A DNA stretch of 64,000 bases from Akkermansiaceae bacterium (lineage in GTDB: Bacteria; Verrucomicrobiota; Verrucomicrobiia; Verrucomicrobiales; Akkermansiaceae): NCBI GenBank assembly GCA_043747935.1, contig JAYTOE010000067.1, positions 22,859 through 86,858 of the forward strand, given 5' to 3'. The position numbers and the translations under genes were made by a program. The notes under the pieces were generated by a model. The model saw only the letters and a program-made list of their open reading frames with translations, was not told the DNA's origin and ran no database searches. Positions within the stretch are counted from its first letter, which is position 1, and every line of letters begins with the position of its first letter. Positions 53,416-62,802 of this stretch are shown piece by piece.

Positions 53416-54558
53416 GGTGTGATTTTTTTCGGTGTTTTTGCGAAAAACTGAATTTTGTTCTGACCCGTACATACCCATGTGCACAATCAGACAGCGATGG
53501 ACACGAACAAACCACGCACCACCGAAGTCACCCAAGCCGAGCTCGAATTGTTGGAAGCCTGCCGGCGCGCGCCCCACCTGGCCGGCAACCTCACCTATCT
53601 GCTCGACCGATACCAAGCCGAGACCAACACCGGCATGGATGCCAATCAGGCCGAGATGAGCATCGTCGATATCGTGCGCGCCATGGGCAGCCGTCTTCTG
53701 ACCCAATGGGGCGAACAGACCCATGCGGAGATCGCCGCCAAGCACTTCTCCAACCCCGACCTTATAGGCAACGGAAAAAAAACTCCGCTGGCACAGCACC
53801 TACGGGAACATCGCAATCCGCCAGCAGGTCTTCCGCTCAAAAGCCGACGGAAAAACCCGCAGTCCCTTCCTCGCGCAGGCGAAAGTAACCGCCTGCGGCT
53901 GCTCTCTCCTGTTGCGCCGCAGGTTGGTCGATTTCAGCTCCGAGCGCAGCATGGAGGGCTCCGCCCAAGCCCTCAAGGAACACTACGGCATCAGCCTGAG
54001 CGCGAGCGTCATCAACAAAGTCACACAAGAGACAGGCCTCGCAGCAAAGGCTTTCAACGCCGAAGTCCCCGCCCCGGCGAAATCCGCGGATCTGATTGTT
54101 GTGCAAATCGACGGCTCGATGGTTCCCATCGTCGAGTATGGCGAGGCTGGTGCGGAGCAAAGAGCGGAGGGCATGAAACGCAAGCGCGAGTGCTTCTGGA
54201 AAGAGTTCAGGACAAGCTGCTTGCCGACAAGGCGGAGGAAGTCATTGCGGAACTCGGTGAGCTGCGCCAGGAACACCCGCAAAAAGAAGCGGTTGAAGCC
54301 TGCCATCGCTACCTTGGCAACCGCACCGCCCACCTGCGCTATGCGGAAGCGCTCGCAGCAGGCTTGCCGATAGGCTCGGGGGAAGTGGAAAGCGGACACC
54401 GTAGCGTGCTACAGAAGCGGCTGAAGAAACCCGGAGCATGGTGGCGCAAGCCGAACGCCGAAAGCATGGGACAGATCAAAACCCTACAAGCCAACGGCCA
54501 CGGGGAAAATCTCTGGCAAAAACTAGCCGCATGAAAAACACCGAAAAAAATCACACCC
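53416..54558 (+). mobile_element. ISKra4-like insertion sequence, internally deleted
   Basis: Perfect 24-bp TIRs GGTGTGATTTTTTTCGGTGTTTTT (53416-53439 and 54534-54557); flanking direct repeat ATTGTTGGCA (53406-53415 and 54559-54568). Confidence 0.9.
53497..54534 (+). pseudogene. ISKra4/UPF0236-like transposase in three frame segments, central part deleted
   Basis: Segment 1 to GKK at an A8 run; +1 frame LRWHSTYG...QIDGSMVP...WKEFR; return to frame 1 at QDKLL...PIGSGEVESGHRSVLQKRLKKPGAWW; no GDGA-type motif. Confidence 0.85.
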
Positions 54559-54563
54559 ATTGT

Positions 54564-54591
54564 TGGCAGGGCGGATGCCATACGCCGCCAC
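54564..54591. repeat. Single REP-like unit, 25/28 identical to the arms at 21458-21531
   Basis: TGGCAGGGCGGATGCCATACGCCGCCAC. Confidence 0.8.
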
Positions 54592-54595
54592 GTTC

Positions 54596-55018
54596 TCACG
54601 CGAACGGGTTGACGATTTTGAGATCACCGAAGCTGCGGCCGTGCTGTAAATCCTCCGAATAAAGGATTTTCGCGCCACTCTCTAGCGCCGCTGCCAAGAT
54701 CAGGCAATCGTAGAAGCGGTATTGGGTTTCACGGTGAAGATGAATGGCTTTCAGGTAGAGCGATGGGCTGGGCATCACCTGACAAAGGGGATGAAGAACG
54801 TGGTCTATGTAATCAAGTAGGATGGCGGGTGGAACCGAAGCGGTGGGTTTGTGGACGGCCACATTGATGAACTCCTGAACCACCTGGGAACTGATGACGC
54901 CTGCGCAATCAGAGAGCGCGATCCTGATGAGTGAGGCGGCTCGCGCCTTCTTGACCGGTTCATGCGGACTGAAGGCGTAGATGAACACGTTTGTGTCCAT
55001 GAAGTATTCAGCGCTCAT
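54596..55018 (-). CDS. PIN-domain (VapC-like) toxin
   Basis: FMDTNVFIYA, SSQVVQEF, FYDCLILAAA, LYSEDL. Confidence 0.93.
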   Translation of the reverse strand: MSAEYFMDTNVFIYAFSPHEPVKKARAASLIRIALSDCAGVISSQVVQEFINVAVHKPTASVPPAILLDYIDHVLHPLCQVMPSPSLYLKAIHLHRETQYRFYDCLILAAALESGAKILYSEDLQHGRSFGDLKIVNPFA

Positions 55019-55229
55019 TCATCTCGTCCCGTGTGAATTTACGGTCGAAGCTCAGATGCCGGGAAAGGTTGTTGATGATCTCGTCGGCGCGTTTGCGGGC
55101 TTCGTCGCGACGTGCGATTTCGCTGAGCCACTGGCGGAAGAGCGCGTTGAGCGTCGTTTTCCGTGCGCGGGCCTCGGCTCGGGCCAACTCGATGAGGTTC
55201 TCATCCGCACTGAGGGTGATATTTTTCAT
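55008..55229 (-). CDS. VapB-like antitoxin (RHH-type N-terminus)
   Basis: MKNITLSADENLIELAR...TLNALFRQWL...FTRDEMNER; overlaps the toxin start. Confidence 0.9.
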   Translation of the reverse strand: MKNITLSADENLIELARAEARARKTTLNALFRQWLSEIARRDEARKRADEIINNLSRHLSFDRKFTRDEMNER

Positions 55230-55235
55230 GGCACG

Positions 55236-55264
55236 AAACTAGTGTGCACTGCTTTCGTGTGCAA
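55236..55264 (-). promoter_or_regulatory. Promoter TTGCAC-N17-TAGTTT, 6 nt before the ATG, with CACGAAA/TTTCGTG inverted repeat
   Basis: Read directly. Confidence 0.65.
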
Positions 55265-55276
55265 GCATCCATTTTC

Positions 55277-56023
55277 TCACAGCGCCCCGAACCTGCGGTG
55301 GCGGCTATTGAATTCCTCGACGGCGGCGAAGAGGTCGCCCTGCCGGAAGTCGGGCCACATTTTTTTCACGATGACGATTTCCGAGTAGGAGATCTGCCAG
55401 AGCAGGAAATTGGAGATGCGCATTTCGCCGGAGGTGCGGATCAGGAGATCGGGATCGGGGATGTCGGCGGTGTAGAGGTGGCGGGCGAAAAGCTGCGGTG
55501 TGATCTCGTCCGGGGAAATTTTCCCGGCGATGGCGGCCTCGGCGATGGAGCGCGCGGCGGCGGTGATCTCCTCGCGAGCTCCGTAGGAAAGGGCGAGGAC
55601 GAGGGTCATGGAGTCGTTGCCCTTGGTGTGCTCCTGGATGCGGGTGAGGCGGTCTCGGGTAGAGGCGGGGAGTCGATCGATCTGGCCGATGGCTTGGAGG
55701 CGGACGTTTTGCTTGTCGAGTTCCACCGCCTTCTCATCCAGGAAACGGTCGAGCAGAGCCATCAGCGCCTCGATCTCGGCCTCGGGGCGGTTCCAGTTTT
55801 CCGAGGAGAAGGCGTAGAGCGTCAGGTATTTCACGCCCAGCTCCTTGCAGGCGTCCATCACCTCACGCACGGATTCCGCACCCGCGCGATGACCCTCGGC
55901 GCGGGGCAGGCCGCGCTGTTTCGCCCAACGGCCGTTGCCGTCCATGATGATCGCGATATGGTTCAAGTTTTTCGAGGGGTCTTTCTGCACGGGGATAGTC
56001 AACAGAGCTGTCGAGACAGTCAA
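55277..56023 (-). CDS. uppS: Undecaprenyl diphosphate synthase (isoprenyl transferase)
   Basis: HIAIIMDGNGRWA, YAFSSENWNRP, LSYGAREEI, DLLIRTSGEMRISNFLLWQ. Confidence 0.97.
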   Translation of the reverse strand: MTVSTALLTIPVQKDPSKNLNHIAIIMDGNGRWAKQRGLPRAEGHRAGAESVREVMDACKELGVKYLTLYAFSSENWNRPEAEIEALMALLDRFLDEKAVELDKQNVRLQAIGQIDRLPASTRDRLTRIQEHTKGNDSMTLVLALSYGAREEITAAARSIAEAAIAGKISPDEITPQLFARHLYTADIPDPDLLIRTSGEMRISNFLLWQISYSEIVIVKKMWPDFRQGDLFAAVEEFNSRHRRFGAL

Positions 56024-56191
56024 TCACTTGCGAGTGGAGTAGGCTGTAACTACAGATGGTAGGAAGAATTTGAACCGCCAAGGAAGAGAAGTTCGCTAAG
56101 CAAGACTCTCGAACCGATCTATGGGATAGCGACCAAATGAATCGGAAACGGGCTTGCGCCCATGCTTTCCGGAAGCCAAATTATCGGCATT

Positions 56192-56803
56192 ATGAGTGTA
56201 GGAATTGGCGGACTTGGGATTTTGGTGATTGTCGTGATCGGGCTTGTTGCCCTGATCGGGATTTACGCGATGGGCGTTTACAACGGTCTCGTGAAGCTGC
56301 GGAACATGTTCAAGAACGCGTTCTCGCAGATCGACGTGCAGCTGAAGCGCCGCCACGACCTGATCCCGAACCTTGTGGAAACCGCGAAGGCCTATATGGC
56401 GCACGAAAGCGGGACGCTGGAGGCGGTGATCGCGGCGCGAAACGGAGCGGAGAGCGCCCGGCAGGCAGCCGCTGCGAATCCCGGCGATGTGGCTGCTTTG
56501 CAGAAACTGGGCGCGGCGGAAGCGGGGCTGGGCGGTGTGCTCGGCAGGCTTTTCGCGGTGTCCGAGGCTTATCCTGACCTGAAGGCGAACCAGAACATGA
56601 TGCAGTTGACCGAGGAGCTGACGACCACCGAGAACAAGGTCGCCTTCGCGAGGCAGGCCTACAACGACTCGGTGCTCGCGTATAACAACAAGCGCGAGGT
56701 TTTTCCGAACAACATCTTCGCGGGCGTCTTCGGCTTCTCCGAGGCGGCGCTCTTCGAGATCGAGTCGCCCGCCGAGCGCGAGGCACCGAAGGTTCAGTTC
56801 TGA
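56192..56803 (+). CDS. lemA: LemA family protein
   Basis: YNGLV, IDVQLKRRHDLIPNLV, EAYPDLKA, ENKVAFARQAYND; start may be 56162 or 56192. Confidence 0.93.
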   Translation: MSVGIGGLGILVIVVIGLVALIGIYAMGVYNGLVKLRNMFKNAFSQIDVQLKRRHDLIPNLVETAKAYMAHESGTLEAVIAARNGAESARQAAAANPGDVAALQKLGAAEAGLGGVLGRLFAVSEAYPDLKANQNMMQLTEELTTTENKVAFARQAYNDSVLAYNNKREVFPNNIFAGVFGFSEAALFEIESPAEREAPKVQF

Positions 56804-56822
56804 TCTACCACGTTTCCCGTAG

Positions 56823-58727
56823 ATGAACTTCTTCGAGGCACAGGAGCGGGCGAGGAAATCGAGCCGCAACTTGGTGTGGTGGTTCATCCTTTCCGTGATC
56901 GGGGTGATCGTGGTGATGTATCTTGCGGGGGTCGGCCTCTGGCAGCTCAGTTCCTCGAACCCGAAGGGCATCTACCACGCCACGGACACCGCGCAGCTCG
57001 TGTGGTGGGATCCGCAAATGTTTGCTTGGGTCAGCACCCTCGTCGGCGGGGTGATCATGACGGGGAGCTGGGTAAAACTGGCGCAGCTTTCGGCGGGCGG
57101 AAAAGTCGTCGCGCAAAGCCTCGGCGGGAGAGCGGTGGAGCCGACGACGACGGTTCTGCCCGAGCGGCGCTTGCTCAACGTGGTGGAGGAAATGGCGATC
57201 GCATCCGGGGTGCCGGTGCCTGAGGTTTGGATCATGGATGAGGAGCAGGGCATCAACGCCTTCGCCGCCGGAACCGATCCGAGCAACGCGGTGATCGGTG
57301 TCACACGCGGGACTTTGGACAGGCTGACCCGCACCGAACTGCAGGGCGTGGTGGCGCACGAGTTCAGCCACATCCTCAACGGCGACATGAAGCTGAACAT
57401 GCGGCTGATGGGCTGGATCTTCGGGCTGGTGATGCTCTCCATGCTCGGGCGAATCATGATGGAGTCCGTGCGGTTCGTGCGAGGTTCGTCGCGCGATTCG
57501 AAGGCTGGCGGGATTATCCTGGCCCTTGTCGTGGCCGGGTTGGCGGTGTGGCTGGTGGGTTCGATCGGTGTGCTTTTCGCGCGGATGCTGCAGGCCGCGA
57601 TTTCCCGGCAGCGGGAGTTTCTGGCGGATGCCTCGGCGGTGCAGTTCACAAGGCAAACCGAGGGCATCGCCGGGGCGCTGAAGAAGATCGGCGGCTTCTC
57701 GGGGCACGGCACGATCCAATCGCCGAAGGCGATGGAGGCGCGGCACATGTTTTTCGCGGGCAGCGGATTCAGCTCGCTGATGGCGACGCATCCGCCTTTG
57801 GAAAAAAGGATCCTTGCGATCGATCCACAGTGGAAGGGCGAGATGCTACAAGGCATGGCCGATCCGGTGCGGGCGGAGGAGTTCACTGGCGCGATGGGTT
57901 TCTCGGGTTCGCTGGAGCAAACGGCTTCAAAAGTCAGTGTCGATTCGCTGGGTGAAAGCATAAGGCTCGATAGTCATGTGGGCGCGGCGATCCGTGAGGA
58001 TCTGAGGGCGGGGAAGGTGACCGCATTTTCAAAACAGGAGGCGAAGACTCTTTTGCTCGGTTTACTGGTTGCAGCGGATCACGGCTGGCGGGAGACGGCG
58101 AAGCGGATCCTGGAGGAAAATGGTTTGGACGCGGAAACGGCCGCGCAGGCGATCGCGTGGAGTGTGGATCTTGAGGGATACGATTCCTCGAAGAAACTCG
58201 CGCTCGTCGATCTTTCCCTTTCGTGGCTGCGGAAGATGAGCCAGCCGGAGGCGCGGGATTTTGTGAAAGCCAGCCAAGCCCTGATCGAGGCGGACGGTGA
58301 GGTGAACCTGTTCGAGTTTATGCTTCAAAAAGTGATCGAGCGCCACGTGCTCATCGGTCTGGGACTGAAGCCGGTGCCCGCGATGCGATACCGGAAAATC
58401 GAGGATCTGGAGCGCGAGATGGCCGATCTGCTGGGAGTTTTCGCCTCGCTGGCTGGAGGTGGCACAGCGATCGAGAAGGCGGTGGCGGAATACCGGGAGC
58501 ATACCGGGAGGGAATTGCCGCGTCCTGCGGCGGGCTTGGCCGAGGTTTCGAGAGCGCTTGTGGAAATGGATGCCGCCACCCCGATGGTGAAGCAGCGGAT
58601 CCTGCGTTTGTGCGGCCTGGTGGTGACGGACGACGGGCTTGTGGCGGATCAGGAAATGGAACTGCTGCGCGCGACGGCGGAGGCGATCGGGGCGCCGATC
58701 CCGCCCTTGGTTCGGAAAGCGGTGTAA
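56823..58727 (+). CDS. M48-family (HtpX-like) membrane metallopeptidase with extended C-terminal domain
   Basis: VVEEMAIA, INAFAAG, HEFSH, REFLADA, THPP; follows lemA. Confidence 0.9.
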   Translation: MNFFEAQERARKSSRNLVWWFILSVIGVIVVMYLAGVGLWQLSSSNPKGIYHATDTAQLVWWDPQMFAWVSTLVGGVIMTGSWVKLAQLSAGGKVVAQSLGGRAVEPTTTVLPERRLLNVVEEMAIASGVPVPEVWIMDEEQGINAFAAGTDPSNAVIGVTRGTLDRLTRTELQGVVAHEFSHILNGDMKLNMRLMGWIFGLVMLSMLGRIMMESVRFVRGSSRDSKAGGIILALVVAGLAVWLVGSIGVLFARMLQAAISRQREFLADASAVQFTRQTEGIAGALKKIGGFSGHGTIQSPKAMEARHMFFAGSGFSSLMATHPPLEKRILAIDPQWKGEMLQGMADPVRAEEFTGAMGFSGSLEQTASKVSVDSLGESIRLDSHVGAAIREDLRAGKVTAFSKQEAKTLLLGLLVAADHGWRETAKRILEENGLDAETAAQAIAWSVDLEGYDSSKKLALVDLSLSWLRKMSQPEARDFVKASQALIEADGEVNLFEFMLQKVIERHVLIGLGLKPVPAMRYRKIEDLEREMADLLGVFASLAGGGTAIEKAVAEYREHTGRELPRPAAGLAEVSRALVEMDAATPMVKQRILRLCGLVVTDDGLVADQEMELLRATAEAIGAPIPPLVRKAV

Positions 58728-58729
58728 AC

Positions 58730-58793
58730 TTGGACGGCTACAGCCTGCTTGTTCGCTGAAACTTCGGCGGACAAGCAGGATGTAGCTGTCCAA
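58730..58793. repeat. 27-bp imperfect inverted repeat (24/27) with a 10-nt loop
   Basis: TTGGACGGCTACAGCCTGCTTGTTCGC / GCGGACAAGCAGGATGTAGCTGTCCAA. Confidence 0.75.
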
Positions 58794-58841
58794 GGCAGTC
58801 GGCGCTTGCGTTCGGGGTGTTGCGTGGGGAAGGATTCGCTT

Positions 58842-59729
58842 GTGGAGAAGGAGCGCAGGCCATGGTGGCTTTATCTGAATTTGTTGGGCATGGATGCACC
58901 GCTCATTGCGGTGATGTGGCTGTTCCTTTTCGCGCGGACATGGCGGGTGAATTATCATCCGTGGCAGGCTTATGCGGCGCTTGGTTTCGCTGTCTGGACG
59001 ATCCGTATCGCGATGAAATTGCTGCAGGGATCGATGACCTCCGACGAGGCTTCCTTCGCGATGAAGCATAGGAAACGGCTCAAAGTCGCGGCGCTGGTCA
59101 CAGGTGTTCTGTCACTCACGCTCACCGTCATGACCTTTCCGCTTTCGATTTACACCTACCTATTTGTGGGGGCGATATTCCTGGCCGGATATTTCGCGCT
59201 GACCCATTTTTCTCCACAGGAGGGGAACGAGATCGCATACGGGAGGCACGCCATAGGCGGGATTACCTTCGCCTATGGGGTCACGCTAACGGCTTACGTC
59301 TATCTGCCCGGCCTTGAACTCCATGAATCCATCTTCAGTTTCGCGGAAAGGATATTACCCCGGGAAGTCATATTCATGCTTTCCCGCGAGTTCATCTGCT
59401 TCGCGTTGCTTTGCATGCTGGCCTCGTCCGCGATTGAACTCTGGTCACGCGCCGGCAAGCCCGCCGCCGACGGTGAGGTTGGATCCCTAGACGAAATAGC
59501 GCTTTCCCTGCCATTGACCCTACTCGGAGCCGCCGCACTGGTGTTCGCGGTTCAGGACGATTTGATGGGCACGCGGCCATTTTATTACGCCATCCTGACA
59601 GGAGCTGCGCTGCTACAGGTGTTGAACAGGACGAGAGGACGCTTTGAGCTGGAAACCTTGCGGGTGCTCATCGCGCTATGCCTGCTGGTGCCGGGAGTCA
59701 TTTTCAAAAGCTATCCTGTGGGAGGATAG
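58842..59729 (+). CDS. Hypothetical polytopic membrane protein
   Basis: About 9-10 hydrophobic helices; GTG 58842 chosen because the upstream ORF extension runs through the hairpin; start uncertain. Confidence 0.7.
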   Translation: MEKERRPWWLYLNLLGMDAPLIAVMWLFLFARTWRVNYHPWQAYAALGFAVWTIRIAMKLLQGSMTSDEASFAMKHRKRLKVAALVTGVLSLTLTVMTFPLSIYTYLFVGAIFLAGYFALTHFSPQEGNEIAYGRHAIGGITFAYGVTLTAYVYLPGLELHESIFSFAERILPREVIFMLSREFICFALLCMLASSAIELWSRAGKPAADGEVGSLDEIALSLPLTLLGAAALVFAVQDDLMGTRPFYYAILTGAALLQVLNRTRGRFELETLRVLIALCLLVPGVIFKSYPVGG

Positions 59730-59740
59730 GGATTACTTCG

Positions 59741-62164
59741 TTACTTGCGGTGCATCGGACCGATCTTCCGGCGCTCCGCAGGCTCATTCGCGACAGGAAC
59801 AGCGGCGGGTGCGATGCTGGGGTTCGCGGAGGAACCTTTTTCATCGATCTCTCCCAGCGGAGGCAGGACGGAACCATCGGAGAACTTGCGGGCCGGACTG
59901 GACACATCGTAGCGCGAGTCCATATTCGACTGGACGTAGTCGAGGGAGTTGTCGCTGTTCACGATGGAGGGCTGGATGAAAATCATCAACTCGTCGCGAT
60001 TCACGCCTTTCGTTTTCGTCGAGAATAGGCGGCCCAGCCCGGGGATGTCACTGAGGAGAGGGATGCCGGTGACGGTCTCCGTGTCATTGGTGGTGATGAG
60101 GCCGCCGAGAACGATGGTCTGATTGTTGGGGACGGTGACGGTGGTCAGAAGCTCCCGGGTGCCAATGATGGGAACCCTTCCAATGCCTTCAATATTATCC
60201 GACTGCCCGATCACATCGTCGCTGATCAGAGCAATTTGTAGGGTGATTTCCTTATCCGAGTTCACAAGCGGGATGACTTCGAGTTTCAGCACCACATCGC
60301 GGTATTCGATGTTGGTGGAGACCCCGCCGCCGCTGAACTGGTTCGAGTTCGTGGGGATCGCGATTCTGCGGCCTGAGGATATGGTGCCGATCTGGTTGTT
60401 TTTCACAAAGATCGAAGGACGTGAGAGGACGGTGAAGTCGCTCGTGGTAGCGAGGAAGTTTGCATAAACTCCCAGTTCTTCCCCGATTCTGCCGTATAAG
60501 GAAAGCCCTGTGCGGCTGGGGAAGGCACCAGCAGCGAGGAGGCCGGTGATGGGGTTGACGATGCTGCGCGGATCGGTGTTGTTGGTCGGCGAGGTCGGGC
60601 CACCGCCAATGATGGAACCAGCCAATCCTCCGTTTTCATTGCTGTCGTAGGCACGCAGCCAATCGACACCGGTTGAGGTGGAGTTCCCGAGAGAAAGCTG
60701 GCCGAAGACGGTGGAAATCATGACCTGATCCGCCTTCACATCGACCTGGTCGAGGAGGTTCTCGATGATTTCTACAGCGGTCGGTGGTCCTTGGACGACG
60801 ATGGAATTGGTGATGTTGTCTGCGACGAGGAGGGTGCGGCCGATCAGGAGGGACTGGGGCGCGGTATCGACGTCGGGAGCGGTAAGCGAACTGCCGCCGC
60901 TGCCTGAGGAACCGCTGCCGCCGCTCTGGCTGCTGCCTTGAGAGCCGCTGTTGTTGAACAGGTTGTTGTTGTTTTGTTGGGTGCGGTTGTTTTGCGTGGC
61001 CTGCCTGTTCCCACCGCCCGTGGTTTGCGTCTGGGTGGCACCGCCGCCTTCTGCAGCGGCACTCCCGGTGCCATTGAAAGCGCGGGTGAGGGCGTCGCCC
61101 GCGATGGGGAGGAAATCCCCGACGGAAAGGAATTCGAGTTTGCGGCGGAGGAAATTGCGCTGGTCGGTGGCGATGTCGAACTCGCGAACCAGGCCTTCGA
61201 CGAAAAGCAGATCCACAGGGCGACCCATCGCGAAGATACGGTTCGTGCGCGGATCGGGGATGATCTGGACGGGGGTGTCCACACTGGAGGGCGTGCTCCC
61301 GGCCACGTTTGATGCCAGAGCGGCGTCAATGCTATTGCGGTCGACGGCTTGATCCCCGGTTCTCTGGATTCCCGCCGTGTTGGTGGTGCTCTGCTCCTGG
61401 CCGAGTAGTTCGTTGAGGGTGGTGGCGAGTTCCGTTACATCCGCGTATTTCACGGAGACAAAACGGGAAGTGACCTGTGAAGAAGGCTTGTCGATCTGGA
61501 CTTTCAGATCGATGAGCTTGCGGATCAGGGAGGTGTTTTCCGTGATGACGACGGAGGCGGCGTTGGGTACGGCGGCGATGGAGCCGAAGGCACCGAACTG
61601 GCCGATGATCTGGGTGAAGGTGCGGACGGCCTCGTCGGGTTTGATGTATTGGAGAGGCATGACATAGGAAATGACGGCATCGCCCTCGGGCAGCGGGTCG
61701 TTTTCCGTATAGACTTTCACGCCGCGTCCGGTGGGCTTGAGTCCGGCGGTGGCGAGGGTGAGGATGTCGAGGTTCGCGTCGATGGCATCCGGGACGAAAA
61801 CGAAGTTCTCGATGGTGGCGGCCTTTTTCAGAAGCTCGGCGGCTTCGCGGTAGGTGAGGGGATCCTGCGGAGAGGCAGGCTGGACAAAGCGAAACTCGGC
61901 GGCTGCGGCGGTGGAATGAACGATCACGCGGCGACCGGTGTATGACCGGTATAGGTCGGCGAGGTCGTCACCGGAAAGCTTGAGTTTTTCGATGCTCTCC
62001 TGAATGAGCGTGTCGCCGAGAGCTGCTGTTGCGGCGTCGGCTGGGATCGGGACATCAACGTCGGCGGGGGGTTGGGGGACTCCGGGGATGGCGGGAACTT
62101 CCTCGTTTTGGGCAAGGAGCGGGAGGGCGAGTAAGGGGATGAGGAGGAAAGGGAGAGTTCGCAT
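59741..62164 (-). CDS. gspD: Type II secretion system secretin GspD
   Basis: N-domain repeats (DPRTNRIF, DNITNSIVV), Gly/Ser spacer, SRPSI, GVVLKL-like DVVLKLEVIP, LGGLI, IPLLSDIPGLGRLF. Confidence 0.92.
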   Translation of the reverse strand: MRTLPFLLIPLLALPLLAQNEEVPAIPGVPQPPADVDVPIPADAATAALGDTLIQESIEKLKLSGDDLADLYRSYTGRRVIVHSTAAAAEFRFVQPASPQDPLTYREAAELLKKAATIENFVFVPDAIDANLDILTLATAGLKPTGRGVKVYTENDPLPEGDAVISYVMPLQYIKPDEAVRTFTQIIGQFGAFGSIAAVPNAASVVITENTSLIRKLIDLKVQIDKPSSQVTSRFVSVKYADVTELATTLNELLGQEQSTTNTAGIQRTGDQAVDRNSIDAALASNVAGSTPSSVDTPVQIIPDPRTNRIFAMGRPVDLLFVEGLVREFDIATDQRNFLRRKLEFLSVGDFLPIAGDALTRAFNGTGSAAAEGGGATQTQTTGGGNRQATQNNRTQQNNNNLFNNSGSQGSSQSGGSGSSGSGGSSLTAPDVDTAPQSLLIGRTLLVADNITNSIVVQGPPTAVEIIENLLDQVDVKADQVMISTVFGQLSLGNSTSTGVDWLRAYDSNENGGLAGSIIGGGPTSPTNNTDPRSIVNPITGLLAAGAFPSRTGLSLYGRIGEELGVYANFLATTSDFTVLSRPSIFVKNNQIGTISSGRRIAIPTNSNQFSGGGVSTNIEYRDVVLKLEVIPLVNSDKEITLQIALISDDVIGQSDNIEGIGRVPIIGTRELLTTVTVPNNQTIVLGGLITTNDTETVTGIPLLSDIPGLGRLFSTKTKGVNRDELMIFIQPSIVNSDNSLDYVQSNMDSRYDVSSPARKFSDGSVLPPLGEIDEKGSSANPSIAPAAVPVANEPAERRKIGPMHRK

Positions 62165-62208
62165 GTTACAACGGGGTGTCGGGAGTTGGGAAAAGTGATG
62201 GGTAGGTT

Positions 62209-62802
62209 TTAGCGGCGGCGGCTATCCCGGCGTTCTCCGGAAGGTTGATTCTGTTGCTGTTGATTGGCGGCTGGGGTGGGAGGGGGCACGATGCGCGGGC
62301 GGGGTGCGCGTTGGCCGGTTTGCGCTGCGGGATCCTGGTTCGGCGGTGCGGGCGGATCGTTGGGATTATTCTGCGGAATTTCGAGTGGGGCGGGCGCGGC
62401 CACGAGGGTGATGAGTTCCGGCTCAAAGGTGACCGTGCCCTGGATGGAGCCGGCTGATAGAACGACGGTCGTGCCTAGGGCTTTTTCCGGATTTCGGTTC
62501 ACGGAGACGACCCTGAAGCCTTTCTTATTTGTCACACCCGGCGTTAAAACCTCTTTCACATCCGGATTTTTTTTACTCATGATCGTAATGTGATAACCAC
62601 CCGGAACCGGGGCGATACCGGTGAGGGTGAAATCCGCGAAAGGGTCCGCGGCTGGGCCCGGCCCGACTTCGGGAGGCTTGGAGGTGAAGGGGCTGTTTGT
62701 CCAAAGCCCGGTGTATTTTACAAGAGGTTGCTTCTTCGGGGTGTTCGCATGGGTTGGCAAACAGGCGAAGGCGGCGAGGAGCAGGACGGTGAACGTTTTC
62801 AT
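62209..62802 (-). CDS. Hypothetical exported protein (GspC-like position)
   Basis: Signal peptide; SPF motif; Pro/Gln-rich tail; ATGA coupling to the upstream stop supports start 62802. Confidence 0.7.
   Translation of the reverse strand: MKTFTVLLLAAFACLPTHANTPKKQPLVKYTGLWTNSPFTSKPPEVGPGPAADPFADFTLTGIAPVPGGYHITIMSKKNPDVKEVLTPGVTNKKGFRVVSVNRNPEKALGTTVVLSAGSIQGTVTFEPELITLVAAPAPLEIPQNNPNDPPAPPNQDPAAQTGQRAPRPRIVPPPTPAANQQQQNQPSGERRDSRRR

Noticed and set aside
53479-54534. Intact 351-aa transposase
   Set aside because: The middle of this frame is out of register and the catalytic region is deleted
58842-59729. UbiA prenyltransferase call for the membrane protein
   Set aside because: The topology is suggestive, but the Asp-rich catalytic motifs are absent
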